Shown: piece after piece, positions 36,598-45,274 of the stretch
Layout of the letters: the number at the start of each line of letters is the position of its first letter
Position numbering within the stretch: position 1 is the stretch's first letter
Assembly: GCA_041908445.1 (NCBI GenBank)
Contig: JAYRFK010000075.1
Coordinates: forward strand, 70,503 to 134,502
Direction of reading: 5' to 3'
DNA: 64,000 bases
From: Acidimicrobiales bacterium
Lineage (GTDB): Bacteria; Actinomycetota; Acidimicrobiia; Acidimicrobiales; DATDAH01
Notes under the pieces: model-generated
What the model saw: only the letters and a program-made list of their open reading frames with translations
The model's database searches: none
What the model was told of the DNA's origin: nothing
Position numbers and translations under genes: made by a program

Positions 36598-37269
36598 ATG
36601 AACGGCGAGCTCGTCGTCGTCGACGACGTGCCCGGCGAGTTCGCCGAGCGGGTCATCGAGGCCTTCCACACCCGACCCAGCGACCACTTCTCCCTCGCCC
36701 TCTCCGGCGGGGCCACCGCCCGGCGGTGCTACGAGCGCCTGGCCGACGTCGGCGGCACCCAGATCGACTGGTGGAAGGTGAGCGTCTACTGGGGCGACGA
36801 GCGCTGCGTCCCCCTCGACCACGAGGACTCGAACTACCGGCTCGGCCGCGAGGCGCTCCTCGAGCGGGTAGGGGCGGTGGATGCCAACTTCCCCATGCGC
36901 TGCGAGGAGGGCGCCGACCCGTACCAGCTGCGGCTCGGCGAGCTCGGGCGCTTCGACCTCGTCCACCTCGGCCTCGGCAGGGACGGCCACACCGCGTCGC
37001 TGTTCCCCGGCTCGGCCGCGCTCGACGCCGACCCCGGGCGCCTCGTGGCCATGAACGAGGACCCCCTCGGCAACAACCCGCACCCCCGCATGACCCTCAC
37101 CTTCGCGGGGATCGCCCGGGCCCGGACCGCGGTGGTCACCGTGGTCGGCGAGGAGAAGGCGGAGGCGCTCGCCGCCATCGCCAGGGGCGAGGACCTCCCC
37201 GCCACGCACCTGCGGGCCGACCGCCTCGTCTGGCTGGTCGACCCGGCCGCCGCGGCCCTGCTGCCTTGA
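36598..37269 (+). CDS. pgl: 6-phosphogluconolactonase
   Basis: LALSGG.T, VYWGDERCVP and LGLGRDGHTASLFP. Confidence 0.88.
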   Translation: MNGELVVVDDVPGEFAERVIEAFHTRPSDHFSLALSGGATARRCYERLADVGGTQIDWWKVSVYWGDERCVPLDHEDSNYRLGREALLERVGAVDANFPMRCEEGADPYQLRLGELGRFDLVHLGLGRDGHTASLFPGSAALDADPGRLVAMNEDPLGNNPHPRMTLTFAGIARARTAVVTVVGEEKAEALAAIARGEDLPATHLRADRLVWLVDPAAAALLP

Positions 37270-37282
37270 CGGCCGTGGACCG

Positions 37283-38395
37283 GTGACGCCGCCGGCGCTC
37301 CTGGGCGCCCTGGTGCCCACCGCCTCGCGCCTGTCCGGCGGGACGGGCCACGAGAACTACGTCTCGTTCGACGTGCCCCTGTGGGCGTGGGCGGCCCTGC
37401 TGGCGCTGATCACCGCGCTGCTGCTCGTCGACGTGCTCATCGTGCACCGCGTCCCGCACGAGATCTCCTTCAAGGAGGCGGCGATCGAGTCGGCGATCTG
37501 GATCGCCATCGGGCTGTCGTTCACCTTCGTGATCTTCGCGTGGCACGGCGGGGGCGCCGCCGGCGAGTACCTGTCGGGCTACCTGATCGAGAAGAGCCTC
37601 TCGATCGACAACGTCTTCGTGTGGGCCGTGATCTTCAGCTACTTCGCGGTGCCGAAGATGTACCAGTTCCGGGTCCTCTTCTGGGGCATCTTCGGGGCGC
37701 TGGTGCTGCGGGCCGTCTTCATCTTCGCCGGCGTCTCGCTGCTCAACCGCTTCGACTGGATCCTCTACGTCTTCGGCGCCTTCCTCCTCTACACCGCGTG
37801 GAAGATCTCGACCCACGACGACGAGCAGGTCCACCCGGAGAAGAACCCGGCGCTGAAGATCATCAACCGCGTCGTGCCGACCACGCCCGAGTACGACGGC
37901 CAGAAGCTGTTCACGCGGCGCACGGGTACCCTGCTGGCCACCCCGCTGTTCGCGGTCCTCGTGCTCATCGAGACGACCGACGTCATCTTCGCCTTCGACT
38001 CGATCCCGGCGATCCTCGCCGTGTCCCGCGAGCCGTTCATCATCTTCTCGTCGAACGCCTTCGCCATCCTCGGCCTGCGGGCGCTCTACTTCTGCCTCTC
38101 GGGCATCTCGGACAAGTTCCGCTACCTGAACCAGGGGCTGGGCGTCATCCTGGCCTTCGTGGGGCTCAAGATGCTCGCCGCCGACCTGTTCCACGTGCCG
38201 ACGTGGGCCAGCCTGCTCTTCATCGCCCTGGTGCTCACCGTGACGATCCTGCTCAGCGTGGAGGCGGATCGTCGGGACGACGCCCGGGACGCGGCGGCGC
38301 CGACGCCGGGCCCGGAGGCGGGCCGGGAAGCGGAGCCGGAGCCGGAGCCGGAGCCGGACCCGGCCGGGGACCCGCGGGACGAGCCAACGCCCTGA
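37283..38395 (+). CDS. TerC-family integral membrane protein
   Basis: EKSLSIDNVFV and the repeated DSIPAILAV motif. It has an acidic Glu-Pro repeat tail. Confidence 0.85.
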   Translation: MTPPALLGALVPTASRLSGGTGHENYVSFDVPLWAWAALLALITALLLVDVLIVHRVPHEISFKEAAIESAIWIAIGLSFTFVIFAWHGGGAAGEYLSGYLIEKSLSIDNVFVWAVIFSYFAVPKMYQFRVLFWGIFGALVLRAVFIFAGVSLLNRFDWILYVFGAFLLYTAWKISTHDDEQVHPEKNPALKIINRVVPTTPEYDGQKLFTRRTGTLLATPLFAVLVLIETTDVIFAFDSIPAILAVSREPFIIFSSNAFAILGLRALYFCLSGISDKFRYLNQGLGVILAFVGLKMLAADLFHVPTWASLLFIALVLTVTILLSVEADRRDDARDAAAPTPGPEAGREAEPEPEPEPDPAGDPRDEPTP

Positions 38396-39116
38396 GCAGC
38401 TCGGCCTTGCGGGCCACGAACGCCGGGTCGGTGACGAGCTCGGGGTCGCGCGGGCGGGGGAACGGGCTGTCGACCTCGGCCACGACCCGCGCCGGCCGGG
38501 GCGAGAGCACCACGACCCGGTCCGAGAGCAGCAGCGCCTCCTCGACGTCGTGGGTGACGAGCAGGACCGTGCGACGGTCCTGCATCCAGACCCCCTCCAG
38601 CCACTGCTGGAACGACCGGCGGGTGATGGCGTCGAGGGCGCCGAAGGGCTCGTCGAGCAGGAGCGCCTCGGCGGGGGTCAGGAAGGTGCGCAACAGGGCG
38701 AGGCGCTGGCGCATGCCGCCGCTCAGCTGCGCCGGCCAGGCCCGCTCGAAGCCGGCCAGGCCGAACCGGTCGAACAGGGCGGCCGCCGAGGCCCGTGCAT
38801 CGGCCGGCGCCACGCCCCGGACCTCGGCGCCCAGGGAGGCGTTGGCGAGGGCCCGCCGCCAGGGCAGCAGGGCGTCGCGCTGGGGCTGGTAGGCGGCCCG
38901 GCCGTCGACCACGGCGGTGCCCTGCTCGGGGGCGGCCAGGCCGGCCAACAGGTGCAGCAGCGTGCTCTTGCCGCAGCCGCTCGGCCCCACCAGCGACACG
39001 AAGGCGCCCGGCTCGACGGCCAGGTCGAGGCCGTCGAGCACCTCGACCCGCCCCGCACCCCGGCCGGCGCCCCGCTCGAAGCCGTGGGTGAGGCCCGTGA
39101 CCTCGATGGCGCTCAC
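38253..39116 (-). CDS. thiZ: ABC transporter ATPase (NitT/TauT family; ThiZ-like)
   Basis: Walker A GPSGCGKST, signature LSGGMRQR, Walker B LLLDEP. The GTG start is in a GTGA overlap with the binding-protein gene. The Pro-rich tail overlaps the terC-family 3' end. Confidence 0.8.
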   Translation of the reverse strand: MSAIEVTGLTHGFERGAGRGAGRVEVLDGLDLAVEPGAFVSLVGPSGCGKSTLLHLLAGLAAPEQGTAVVDGRAAYQPQRDALLPWRRALANASLGAEVRGVAPADARASAAALFDRFGLAGFERAWPAQLSGGMRQRLALLRTFLTPAEALLLDEPFGALDAITRRSFQQWLEGVWMQDRRTVLLVTHDVEEALLLSDRVVVLSPRPARVVAEVDSPFPRPRDPELVTDPAFVARKAELLRALARPAGPRPGPAPAPAPAPLPGPPPGPASAPPRPGRRPDDPPPR

Positions 39117-40288
39117 GCGCCCCCGGCGGTCGTCGTCGTGGCGCCACCTGCCCCCGCCCCGCCCCCGGCACCGGCGGCGGCACCGGCGGGGAGGAGGTCG
39201 TCGGTGAAGGCGGCGTCGGTGTCGACGGGCTCGTCGAGGAGGCCCGCCTCGACCAGGAAGTCCCCGAAGGCCGACCACACCGGGGCCTCCTGGTGGCCCC
39301 AGCCCTGGCCGGGCTCGATGAACCGGGAGGCGTGGTAGGCGGTGCTGGCCTCGACGAGGTCGCGGTCGAGCTCGGGCACGGCGTCGAGCAGCAGGTCGGC
39401 CGCCTGCTGGGGGTCCGCCACCGCCAGCTCGTAGCCCCGCGCCGTGGCGGCGAGGAAGTCCCGCACCAGCTCGGGGTCGTCCTCGATCATCGACTCGCTC
39501 GTGAGCAGCAGCGGCGTGTACCAGTCCGGGATGCAGTCGAGGTGGTCGATGAAGGGGATGGTCGTGACCGCCACCCCCTGCACCTCCTCGGCCGCGAGGG
39601 CGTCCCAACCGTTGAAGACCCAGGCGAAGTCGAAGCGACCCCGCTGCATGCCGGTCAGGTAGTCGACGTTGCCGACCTCGACGAACTCGACCCGGTCGGG
39701 GTCGCCGCCGTCGCACTCGACGAGGCGCTTCACCAGCTCGGTCTCGAGGGCGCCCCCGTAGCCGCCGTAGGTCCGGCCCTCGAGGTCGCGGGGCCGGGTG
39801 ATGCCCGAGTCGGCCAGGGCCATCAGCGACGAGTCGTTGTGCGGCAGCAGGGTGGCGATCGACACGACCGGCACGCCCGCGGCGCGCGCCGGGAGCAGGG
39901 ACTCCGCCTGGGCGATGCCGAAGTCGGCGTCGCCCTGGGCCACCACCGGTTCCACGCCGGTGTCGGCGGGCTCGACGATGGTGAGGTCGATCCCGGCGTC
40001 CTCGTAGTAGCCGAGCGCGTCCGCGGCGTAGATGCCGGCGTGCTGAGCGTTCGGCGTCCAGTTCAGCATCAGGGTCACGTCCCGGGCGCCGCCGTCGGCG
40101 GTGCCGTCCCCACCGTCGCCTCCCGCCCCGCCGCCGCTCGACGAGCAGGCGGCCACGGCGAGGAGGCCGAGGGCGAGGGCGACGGCGAGCAGGCGTCGGG
40201 CCGAGCGGGCGGCGCGGGCGGGGTGGGGGCGACGGGAGCGGGGCACGCGGCGATCCGTTCTGGGAGGAGGGGGCGGGTGGGTGGTCAC
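39113..40288 (-). CDS. thiY: NMT1/THI5-like substrate-binding lipoprotein (ThiY-like)
   Basis: Lipobox LLAVAACSS, then LMLNWTPNAQHAGIY, which is typical of NMT1/THI5-like binding proteins. It lies in the riboswitch-controlled operon. The start is provisional. Confidence 0.7.
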   Translation of the reverse strand: MTTHPPPPPRTDRRVPRSRRPHPARAARSARRLLAVALALGLLAVAACSSSGGGAGGDGGDGTADGGARDVTLMLNWTPNAQHAGIYAADALGYYEDAGIDLTIVEPADTGVEPVVAQGDADFGIAQAESLLPARAAGVPVVSIATLLPHNDSSLMALADSGITRPRDLEGRTYGGYGGALETELVKRLVECDGGDPDRVEFVEVGNVDYLTGMQRGRFDFAWVFNGWDALAAEEVQGVAVTTIPFIDHLDCIPDWYTPLLLTSESMIEDDPELVRDFLAATARGYELAVADPQQAADLLLDAVPELDRDLVEASTAYHASRFIEPGQGWGHQEAPVWSAFGDFLVEAGLLDEPVDTDAAFTDDLLPAGAAAGAGGGAGAGGATTTTAGGA

Positions 40289-41106
40289 GGCCGCAGCCAG
40301 GGCGTGGCGAGTCGGGACAGGAGGCGGACGGCGAGGAAGAGCAGCACGCTCACGAGGGCGATCAGCGCGATGCCCACGAAGACCTGGTCGAGGCGGAACG
40401 AGACCCGCGACCGGCTGATGAACAGGCCCAGGCCCTGGGCGGTCCCCATGGACTCGGCGATGACCGCGCCGAGCATGGCGTACGCCGCGGCGACCTGGAG
40501 GCCGGCGAAGAACGAGGGCAGCGCCGACGGGACCTGCACGGTCCGCAGCACCTGGGTGCGGCCCGCCCCCATGCTGCGGACCAGGTCGAGCAGGTCCCGG
40601 TCGGTGGCGTCGATGCCCTCGACCGTCGAGACGACGACCGGGAAGAACACGACCAGGGCGACCACCGCGACCTTGGGGGCGAGGCCGAAGCCCAGCCACA
40701 CGATGACGAGCGGCGCCACCACGACCATGGGGATGGACTGGGAGACGACCAGCAGCGGCAGGAGAACCCGCCGCACGAGGCGGACCGAGGTGATCAGCAC
40801 GGCGAGGACGACGGCGACGGCGGCGCCGAGGAGCAGACCGAGCACCGCCGCGGTCACCGTGGCGACCACGTGGGCGGGCAGCACGTCGCGGAGGTCGAGG
40901 AAGGCCTGGCCCACGTCCGACGGTGCGGGCAGCAGGTAGGGCGCCACGTCGAAGGCGCGGACGTAGACCTGCCACGCCACGACGAGCAGCACCAGGAGCC
41001 CGGCGGTCAGGCCGGCGTCGAGGAGGCGGCGGGCGCCGCGCCCGCTCCCGGCGGCGGCGCCCACGGCCGGCGCGGTGGCGGGGGCCGCCGGGCGGGCCTC
41101 GCTCAC
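40285..41106 (-). CDS. thiX: ABC transporter permease (ThiX-like)
   Basis: BPD-type permease with about 6 TM helices and an EAA-like loop (VEGIDATDRDLLDLVRSMGA). GTGA overlaps on both sides. Confidence 0.75.
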   Translation of the reverse strand: MSEARPAAPATAPAVGAAAGSGRGARRLLDAGLTAGLLVLLVVAWQVYVRAFDVAPYLLPAPSDVGQAFLDLRDVLPAHVVATVTAAVLGLLLGAAVAVVLAVLITSVRLVRRVLLPLLVVSQSIPMVVVAPLVIVWLGFGLAPKVAVVALVVFFPVVVSTVEGIDATDRDLLDLVRSMGAGRTQVLRTVQVPSALPSFFAGLQVAAAYAMLGAVIAESMGTAQGLGLFISRSRVSFRLDQVFVGIALIALVSVLLFLAVRLLSRLATPWLRP

Positions 41107-41405
41107 GCCGGCGCCCGGAAGCCGCCGGTGAGCCCGGCGATGGTGGGGTCGTCGTCCGCCGCCCCCGCCTCGGCCACCTTGACCACCGTCACGCAGCCGT
41201 CGGCGCCGGCGGCGAGGGTCGCCTCGTGCACCGCCCGGAGCAGCGGCCACACGGCGTCGGGCGGGCCCTCGACGGTCGTGCCGAGCGCGCCCACCTCGTA
41301 GGTGAGGCCGGCGGCCTCGATGACCGCGATGGCCGCGTCGACGTGGGCGTAGCGGTCGGCGGCGGTGCCCAGCGGCTGGGGCAGGACCTGGATCTCGGCG
41401 AGCAC
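41103..41405 (-). CDS. MTH1187/YkoF-family thiamine-(precursor)-binding protein
   Basis: 100-aa single ferredoxin-like domain (LAEIQVLPQPLG...YEVGALGTTVEG). It is the first gene after the TPP riboswitch, with a GAGAGGAG Shine-Dalgarno. Confidence 0.7.
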   Translation of the reverse strand: MLAEIQVLPQPLGTAADRYAHVDAAIAVIEAAGLTYEVGALGTTVEGPPDAVWPLLRAVHEATLAAGADGCVTVVKVAEAGAADDDPTIAGLTGGFRAPA

Positions 41406-41451
41406 GGCGGCTCCTCTCGACGGGCGGGGCGGGGGCCCGGAAGGTGGAGGT

Positions 41452-41572
41452 GCCGAGAGGGTGGATCGGTGCGATCGAACATCCCTGCGCCGGCATGACC
41501 CGGATCAGGTTCGTACGGTCGGGGGCCGGTCAGCCCACCCTCTCAGCCCGGTCCACCGGGCTCCCGTGTTCT
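41452..41572 (-). promoter_or_regulatory. TPP (thiamine pyrophosphate) riboswitch
   Basis: The minus strand reads ...cacgggagcccggtggaccgggCTGAGAgggtgggctgaccggcccccgaccgtacgAACCTGATCCGGgtcATGCCGGCGcAGGGAtgt... This matches the universally conserved THI-box cores (CUGAGA and ACCUGAUCnGGnuaAUnCCnGCGnAGGGA). Confidence 0.85.
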
Positions 41573-41614
41573 GGGGCGACCGTACCACCGCGTCGGCGCC
41601 GCTCCGCCGGTCCG

Positions 41615-41633
41615 CCTGTATAGATTCCGCCCA
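41615..41633 (+). promoter_or_regulatory. candidate -10 element for a leaderless fbiC transcript
   Basis: TAGATT (TANNNT) at 41621-41626 sits in an AT-rich patch (ctgtatagatt), exactly 6 nt before the A of ATG 41633. Confidence 0.35.
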
Positions 41634-43909
41634 TGGCCCTCACCGACCGCCCCCTCGCCGACCTGCTGGCCGAGGCCCGGGCGGTGCGAGACGCCGCCCA
41701 CGGCAACCGGGTGACGTACTCCCCCAAGGTCTTCATCCCGCTGACCATGCTGTGCCGGGACAAGTGCGGGTACTGCACCTTCGCCCAGCCCCCGGCCCGG
41801 CTCGACCACCCGTACCTGGCGCCCGACCAGGTGCTGGCCATCGCCGCCGCGGGCGCCGAGGCCGGGTGCCACGAGGCCCTCTTCACCCTGGGTGAGCGCC
41901 CCGAGGAGCGCTACCCCGTCGCGCGGGAGTGGCTGGCCGAGCACGACCACGCCTCCACGGTCGACTACCTCCTGGCGATGTGCCGCCTCGTGCTCGACGA
42001 GACGGGCCTGCTCCCCCACGCCAACGCCGGCGCCCTGTTCCCCGACGAGTTGGCGGCGCTGCGGGCGGTGTCGCCGTCGCAGGGGATGATGCTCGAGTCG
42101 CTCAACCCCGACCTCGAGGCCCACCGGGGCTCACCCGACAAGACCCCCGAGCGCCGCCTGGCCACCCTCGAGGCCGCCGGCGAGCTGGCCATCCCCTTCA
42201 CCACCGGGATCCTCGTGGGCATCGGCGAGTCCCGCCAGGACCGCGTCGATGCCCTGGAGGCCATCGCCGCCTCCCACCGGCGCTGGGGCCACGTGCAGGA
42301 GGTCATCGTCCAGAACTTCCTGCCCAAGCCCGGCACCGGGATGCACGCCCACCCGCCGTGCCCGGCCGACGAGTACCTCGAGGCCATCGCCCTGGCCCGG
42401 CTGATCCTGCCACCCGAGGTCCACGTGCAGGCGCCGCCCAACCTGTCCGACGACTTCGGCCCGCTGCTCGACGCCGGCATCGACGACTGGGGCGGCGTCT
42501 CCCCCGTCACGGCCGACCACGTGAACCCCGAGCGGCCCTGGCCGGCACTCGACCGCCTCCGCGAGGTCACCGAGGCGCGGGGACACACCCTCGCCCCCCG
42601 CCTCACGATCTACCCCGAGCACGCCCTCGACCCCGGGCGCTGGCTCGACGAGGGGCTGCGCTTCCCGGTGCTCGACCACAGCGACGCCGAGGGCCTCGCC
42701 CGCGACGACCGGTGGTACTCCGGCGACGAGGAGCCCCCGCCGGTGCTGATCCCACCGGCACCGGCTCCCGGAAACTGGCCCGGCATCGGGGCGGGCAGCG
42801 CCGTCGGCGAGGTGCTGGCGGGCGTCCGCGCCGGCGAGCAGGTCGGCGAGGACGAGATCGTCACGCTCTTCTCCGCCCGGGGCCCCGAGGTGGGCGCCGT
42901 GGCCGCGCTGGCCGACGAGCTGCGGGCCGAGGCGGTGGGCGACGTCGTGACCTGGGTCGCCAACCGCAACATCAACTACACGAACGTCTGCACGTTCAAG
43001 TGCCGGTTCTGCGGCTTCTCGAAGGGCCCGCTCTCGCTCAACCTCCGGGGCACGCCCTACCTGCTCAGCCTCGACGACATCGCCGACCGGGTCCGCGAGG
43101 CCTGGGACCTCGGCGCCACCGAGGTGTGCCTCCAGGGCGGCATCCACCCCGACTTCGACGGCGACTACTACCTGGACGTCACCCGGGCGGTGAAGGCCGC
43201 CGCCCCCGACATCCACGTGCACGGCTTCACCGCCCTCGAGGTCACCGAGGGGGCCAAGCGCAACGGCGAGCCCCTCGCCGACTACCTGCGCCGCCTCATG
43301 GACGCCGGCCTGCGCACCCTGCCCGGCACCGCCGCCGAGATCCTCGACGACGAGGTCCGCGCCGTGCTGTGCAGCGACAAGATCGACACCGACGAGTGGC
43401 TCGACGCCCACCGCACCGCCCACTCGGTCGGCCTCCGCTCGAACATCACCATCATGTTCGGCTCGATCGAGCACCCCCGCTCGTGGGCCCGCCACCTGGT
43501 GCGCACCCGGTCCCTCCAGGAGGAGACCGGCGGCTTCACCGAGTTCGTCCCGCTGCCGTTCGTGCACATGGCGGCGCCGATCTACCTCCAGAAGAAGGCC
43601 CGCCGCGGCCCCACCTTCCGCGAGGCCGTGCTGATGCACAGCGTCGGCCGCATCGCCTACCGGGGCACCATCGACAACATCCAGGCGTCGTGGGTGAAGC
43701 TCGGCTTCGGCGGGGCCCGCCAGCTCCTGCAGGCCGGCGTCAACGACCTGGGCGGCACCCTGATGGACGAGAACATCTCACGGGCCGCCGGCGCCAGCCA
43801 CGGCCAGATGGCCGAGGAGGCCGACTTCCGGGCCCTCGTCGAGCCCCTCGGCCGCCGCCTCGAGCAGCGCACCACGCTCTACGGCCGGGTCGCCGCCACC
43901 ACCGGATGA
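41633..43909 (+). CDS. fbiC: FO synthase, fused CofG/CofH (F420 chromophore biosynthesis)
   Basis: Two radical-SAM cores, CRDKCGYCTF and CTFKCRFCGF, in one 758-aa protein. Confidence 0.93.
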   Translation: MALTDRPLADLLAEARAVRDAAHGNRVTYSPKVFIPLTMLCRDKCGYCTFAQPPARLDHPYLAPDQVLAIAAAGAEAGCHEALFTLGERPEERYPVAREWLAEHDHASTVDYLLAMCRLVLDETGLLPHANAGALFPDELAALRAVSPSQGMMLESLNPDLEAHRGSPDKTPERRLATLEAAGELAIPFTTGILVGIGESRQDRVDALEAIAASHRRWGHVQEVIVQNFLPKPGTGMHAHPPCPADEYLEAIALARLILPPEVHVQAPPNLSDDFGPLLDAGIDDWGGVSPVTADHVNPERPWPALDRLREVTEARGHTLAPRLTIYPEHALDPGRWLDEGLRFPVLDHSDAEGLARDDRWYSGDEEPPPVLIPPAPAPGNWPGIGAGSAVGEVLAGVRAGEQVGEDEIVTLFSARGPEVGAVAALADELRAEAVGDVVTWVANRNINYTNVCTFKCRFCGFSKGPLSLNLRGTPYLLSLDDIADRVREAWDLGATEVCLQGGIHPDFDGDYYLDVTRAVKAAAPDIHVHGFTALEVTEGAKRNGEPLADYLRRLMDAGLRTLPGTAAEILDDEVRAVLCSDKIDTDEWLDAHRTAHSVGLRSNITIMFGSIEHPRSWARHLVRTRSLQEETGGFTEFVPLPFVHMAAPIYLQKKARRGPTFREAVLMHSVGRIAYRGTIDNIQASWVKLGFGGARQLLQAGVNDLGGTLMDENISRAAGASHGQMAEEADFRALVEPLGRRLEQRTTLYGRVAATTG

Positions 43910-45042
43910 GCGGTCCCACCGCGGCGGACGGTGCCGGCACGGTCCCCGGCGCCGCGCCGCGACGGCAGCGGGGCCGCAGCACGGGCGATGCCGAGGTCGA
44001 CGCCGCCATCGAGCACCTGCTCGACCTCGCCGGCGCCCACGCGGACCGCGATCTGCTCTTCGACCTGTTCGCCACGGCGGTCGACCTGGCCGGTGACGAC
44101 GCCGACCGCCTCGACCTGAAGATCGCCACCGCGGCGCTGCGAGAGATGGCGACGGCGTTCGGCATGTTCGCCCCGTACCGGTCGTACCCGAAGATCACGA
44201 TCTTCGGCTCGGCCCGCACCAAGCCGGACGACCCGCTCTACCTGCAGACCCGGGACCTCGCCGCGGCCATGGCCGCCGAGGGCTGGATGGTCATCACCGG
44301 CGCCGGCCCCGGGATCATGGCCGCCGGCATCGAGGGCGCCGGCCGCGAGCACTCGTTCGGGGTGAACATCCGCCTCCCCCACGAGCAGGAGCCCAACCCC
44401 TTCATCAAGGGCGATCCCAAGCTCGTGGCGATGAAGTACTTCTTCACCCGCAAGCTCGAGCTCATCAAGGAGTCCGACGGCTTCGTGGTGCTGCCCGGGG
44501 GCTTCGGCACCCTCGACGAGTCCTTCGAGCTGCTGACCCTCCTGCAGAACGGCAAGACCCTGCCCACGCCGGTCGTGTTCCTCGAGACGCCGGGCGGCAC
44601 CTACTGGGACGAGTGGCAGGCGTTCCTCGCCGCCGAGGTGGCCACCCGGGGCTACATCCACGACCACGACCTCGACCTGTTCCTCGTCACCGAGGACGTG
44701 GACGAGGCGGTGGCCGAGATCCGCGGCTTCTACCGGAACTACCACTCGATCCGCTGGACGGGCTCGACGCTGGTCATCCGCCTCAACGTCGCGCCCACCA
44801 ACGACGAGCTCGACGCCATCAACGACCGCTTCGGCGACCTCGCCGTCACCGGCCGCATCGAGCGCACCGGCCCGACCGGCCCCGAGGCCGCCGACGACGA
44901 CCACCCCGACCTCCCCCGCCTGGCCATCCGCTTCGACTTCAACCGCTACGGACGGCTCCGAACGCTCATCGACGCCCTCAACGCCCTCCCGTCGGCGCCG
45001 AAGCACCTCGCCCTCCCGCCCGGCCACCACGCCCCCGCCTGA
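43906..45042 (+). CDS. LOG-family (TIGR00730-type) nucleotide N-glycosidase with N- and C-terminal extensions
   Basis: ITIFGSAR, GAGPGIMAA and the PGGFGTLDE motif. ATGA overlap with the fbiC stop. Confidence 0.8.
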   Translation: MSGPTAADGAGTVPGAAPRRQRGRSTGDAEVDAAIEHLLDLAGAHADRDLLFDLFATAVDLAGDDADRLDLKIATAALREMATAFGMFAPYRSYPKITIFGSARTKPDDPLYLQTRDLAAAMAAEGWMVITGAGPGIMAAGIEGAGREHSFGVNIRLPHEQEPNPFIKGDPKLVAMKYFFTRKLELIKESDGFVVLPGGFGTLDESFELLTLLQNGKTLPTPVVFLETPGGTYWDEWQAFLAAEVATRGYIHDHDLDLFLVTEDVDEAVAEIRGFYRNYHSIRWTGSTLVIRLNVAPTNDELDAINDRFGDLAVTGRIERTGPTGPEAADDDHPDLPRLAIRFDFNRYGRLRTLIDALNALPSAPKHLALPPGHHAPA

Positions 45043-45072
45043 CCCACCGCGCGGGCGGTACCGTCCCAGGGC

Positions 45073-45270
45073 ATGTGGCTGCTCGACCTGCTCGACGCCG
45101 CCGAGTTGGGCCGGAGCCTGCGGGATCTGGCGCGGGGCCTCACCCACGGTGGACGCAACCCCGGGCGCGCCGGCTCGCCCGCTCCCGGCCCGAGCCCCCG
45201 GGTGCCCCCGCCCACTCCAGCGCCCGACCCCGGCTGGGAGGCGTTCACCCCCGAGGCAACGGACTTCTGA
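45073..45270 (+). CDS. possible small Pro-rich protein (doubtful)
   Basis: 65-codon ORF with fairly high GC3 in a convergent spacer. It has no clear Shine-Dalgarno and no recognisable motif. Confidence 0.2.
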   Translation: MWLLDLLDAAELGRSLRDLARGLTHGGRNPGRAGSPAPGPSPRVPPPTPAPDPGWEAFTPEATDF

Positions 45271-45274
45271 ACCG

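Noticed and set aside
37270-37282. Expected a yybP-ykoY (Mn) riboswitch in front of the TerC-family gene.
   Set aside because: Only 13 nt separate the pgl stop and the proposed start, so there is no room for an aptamer.
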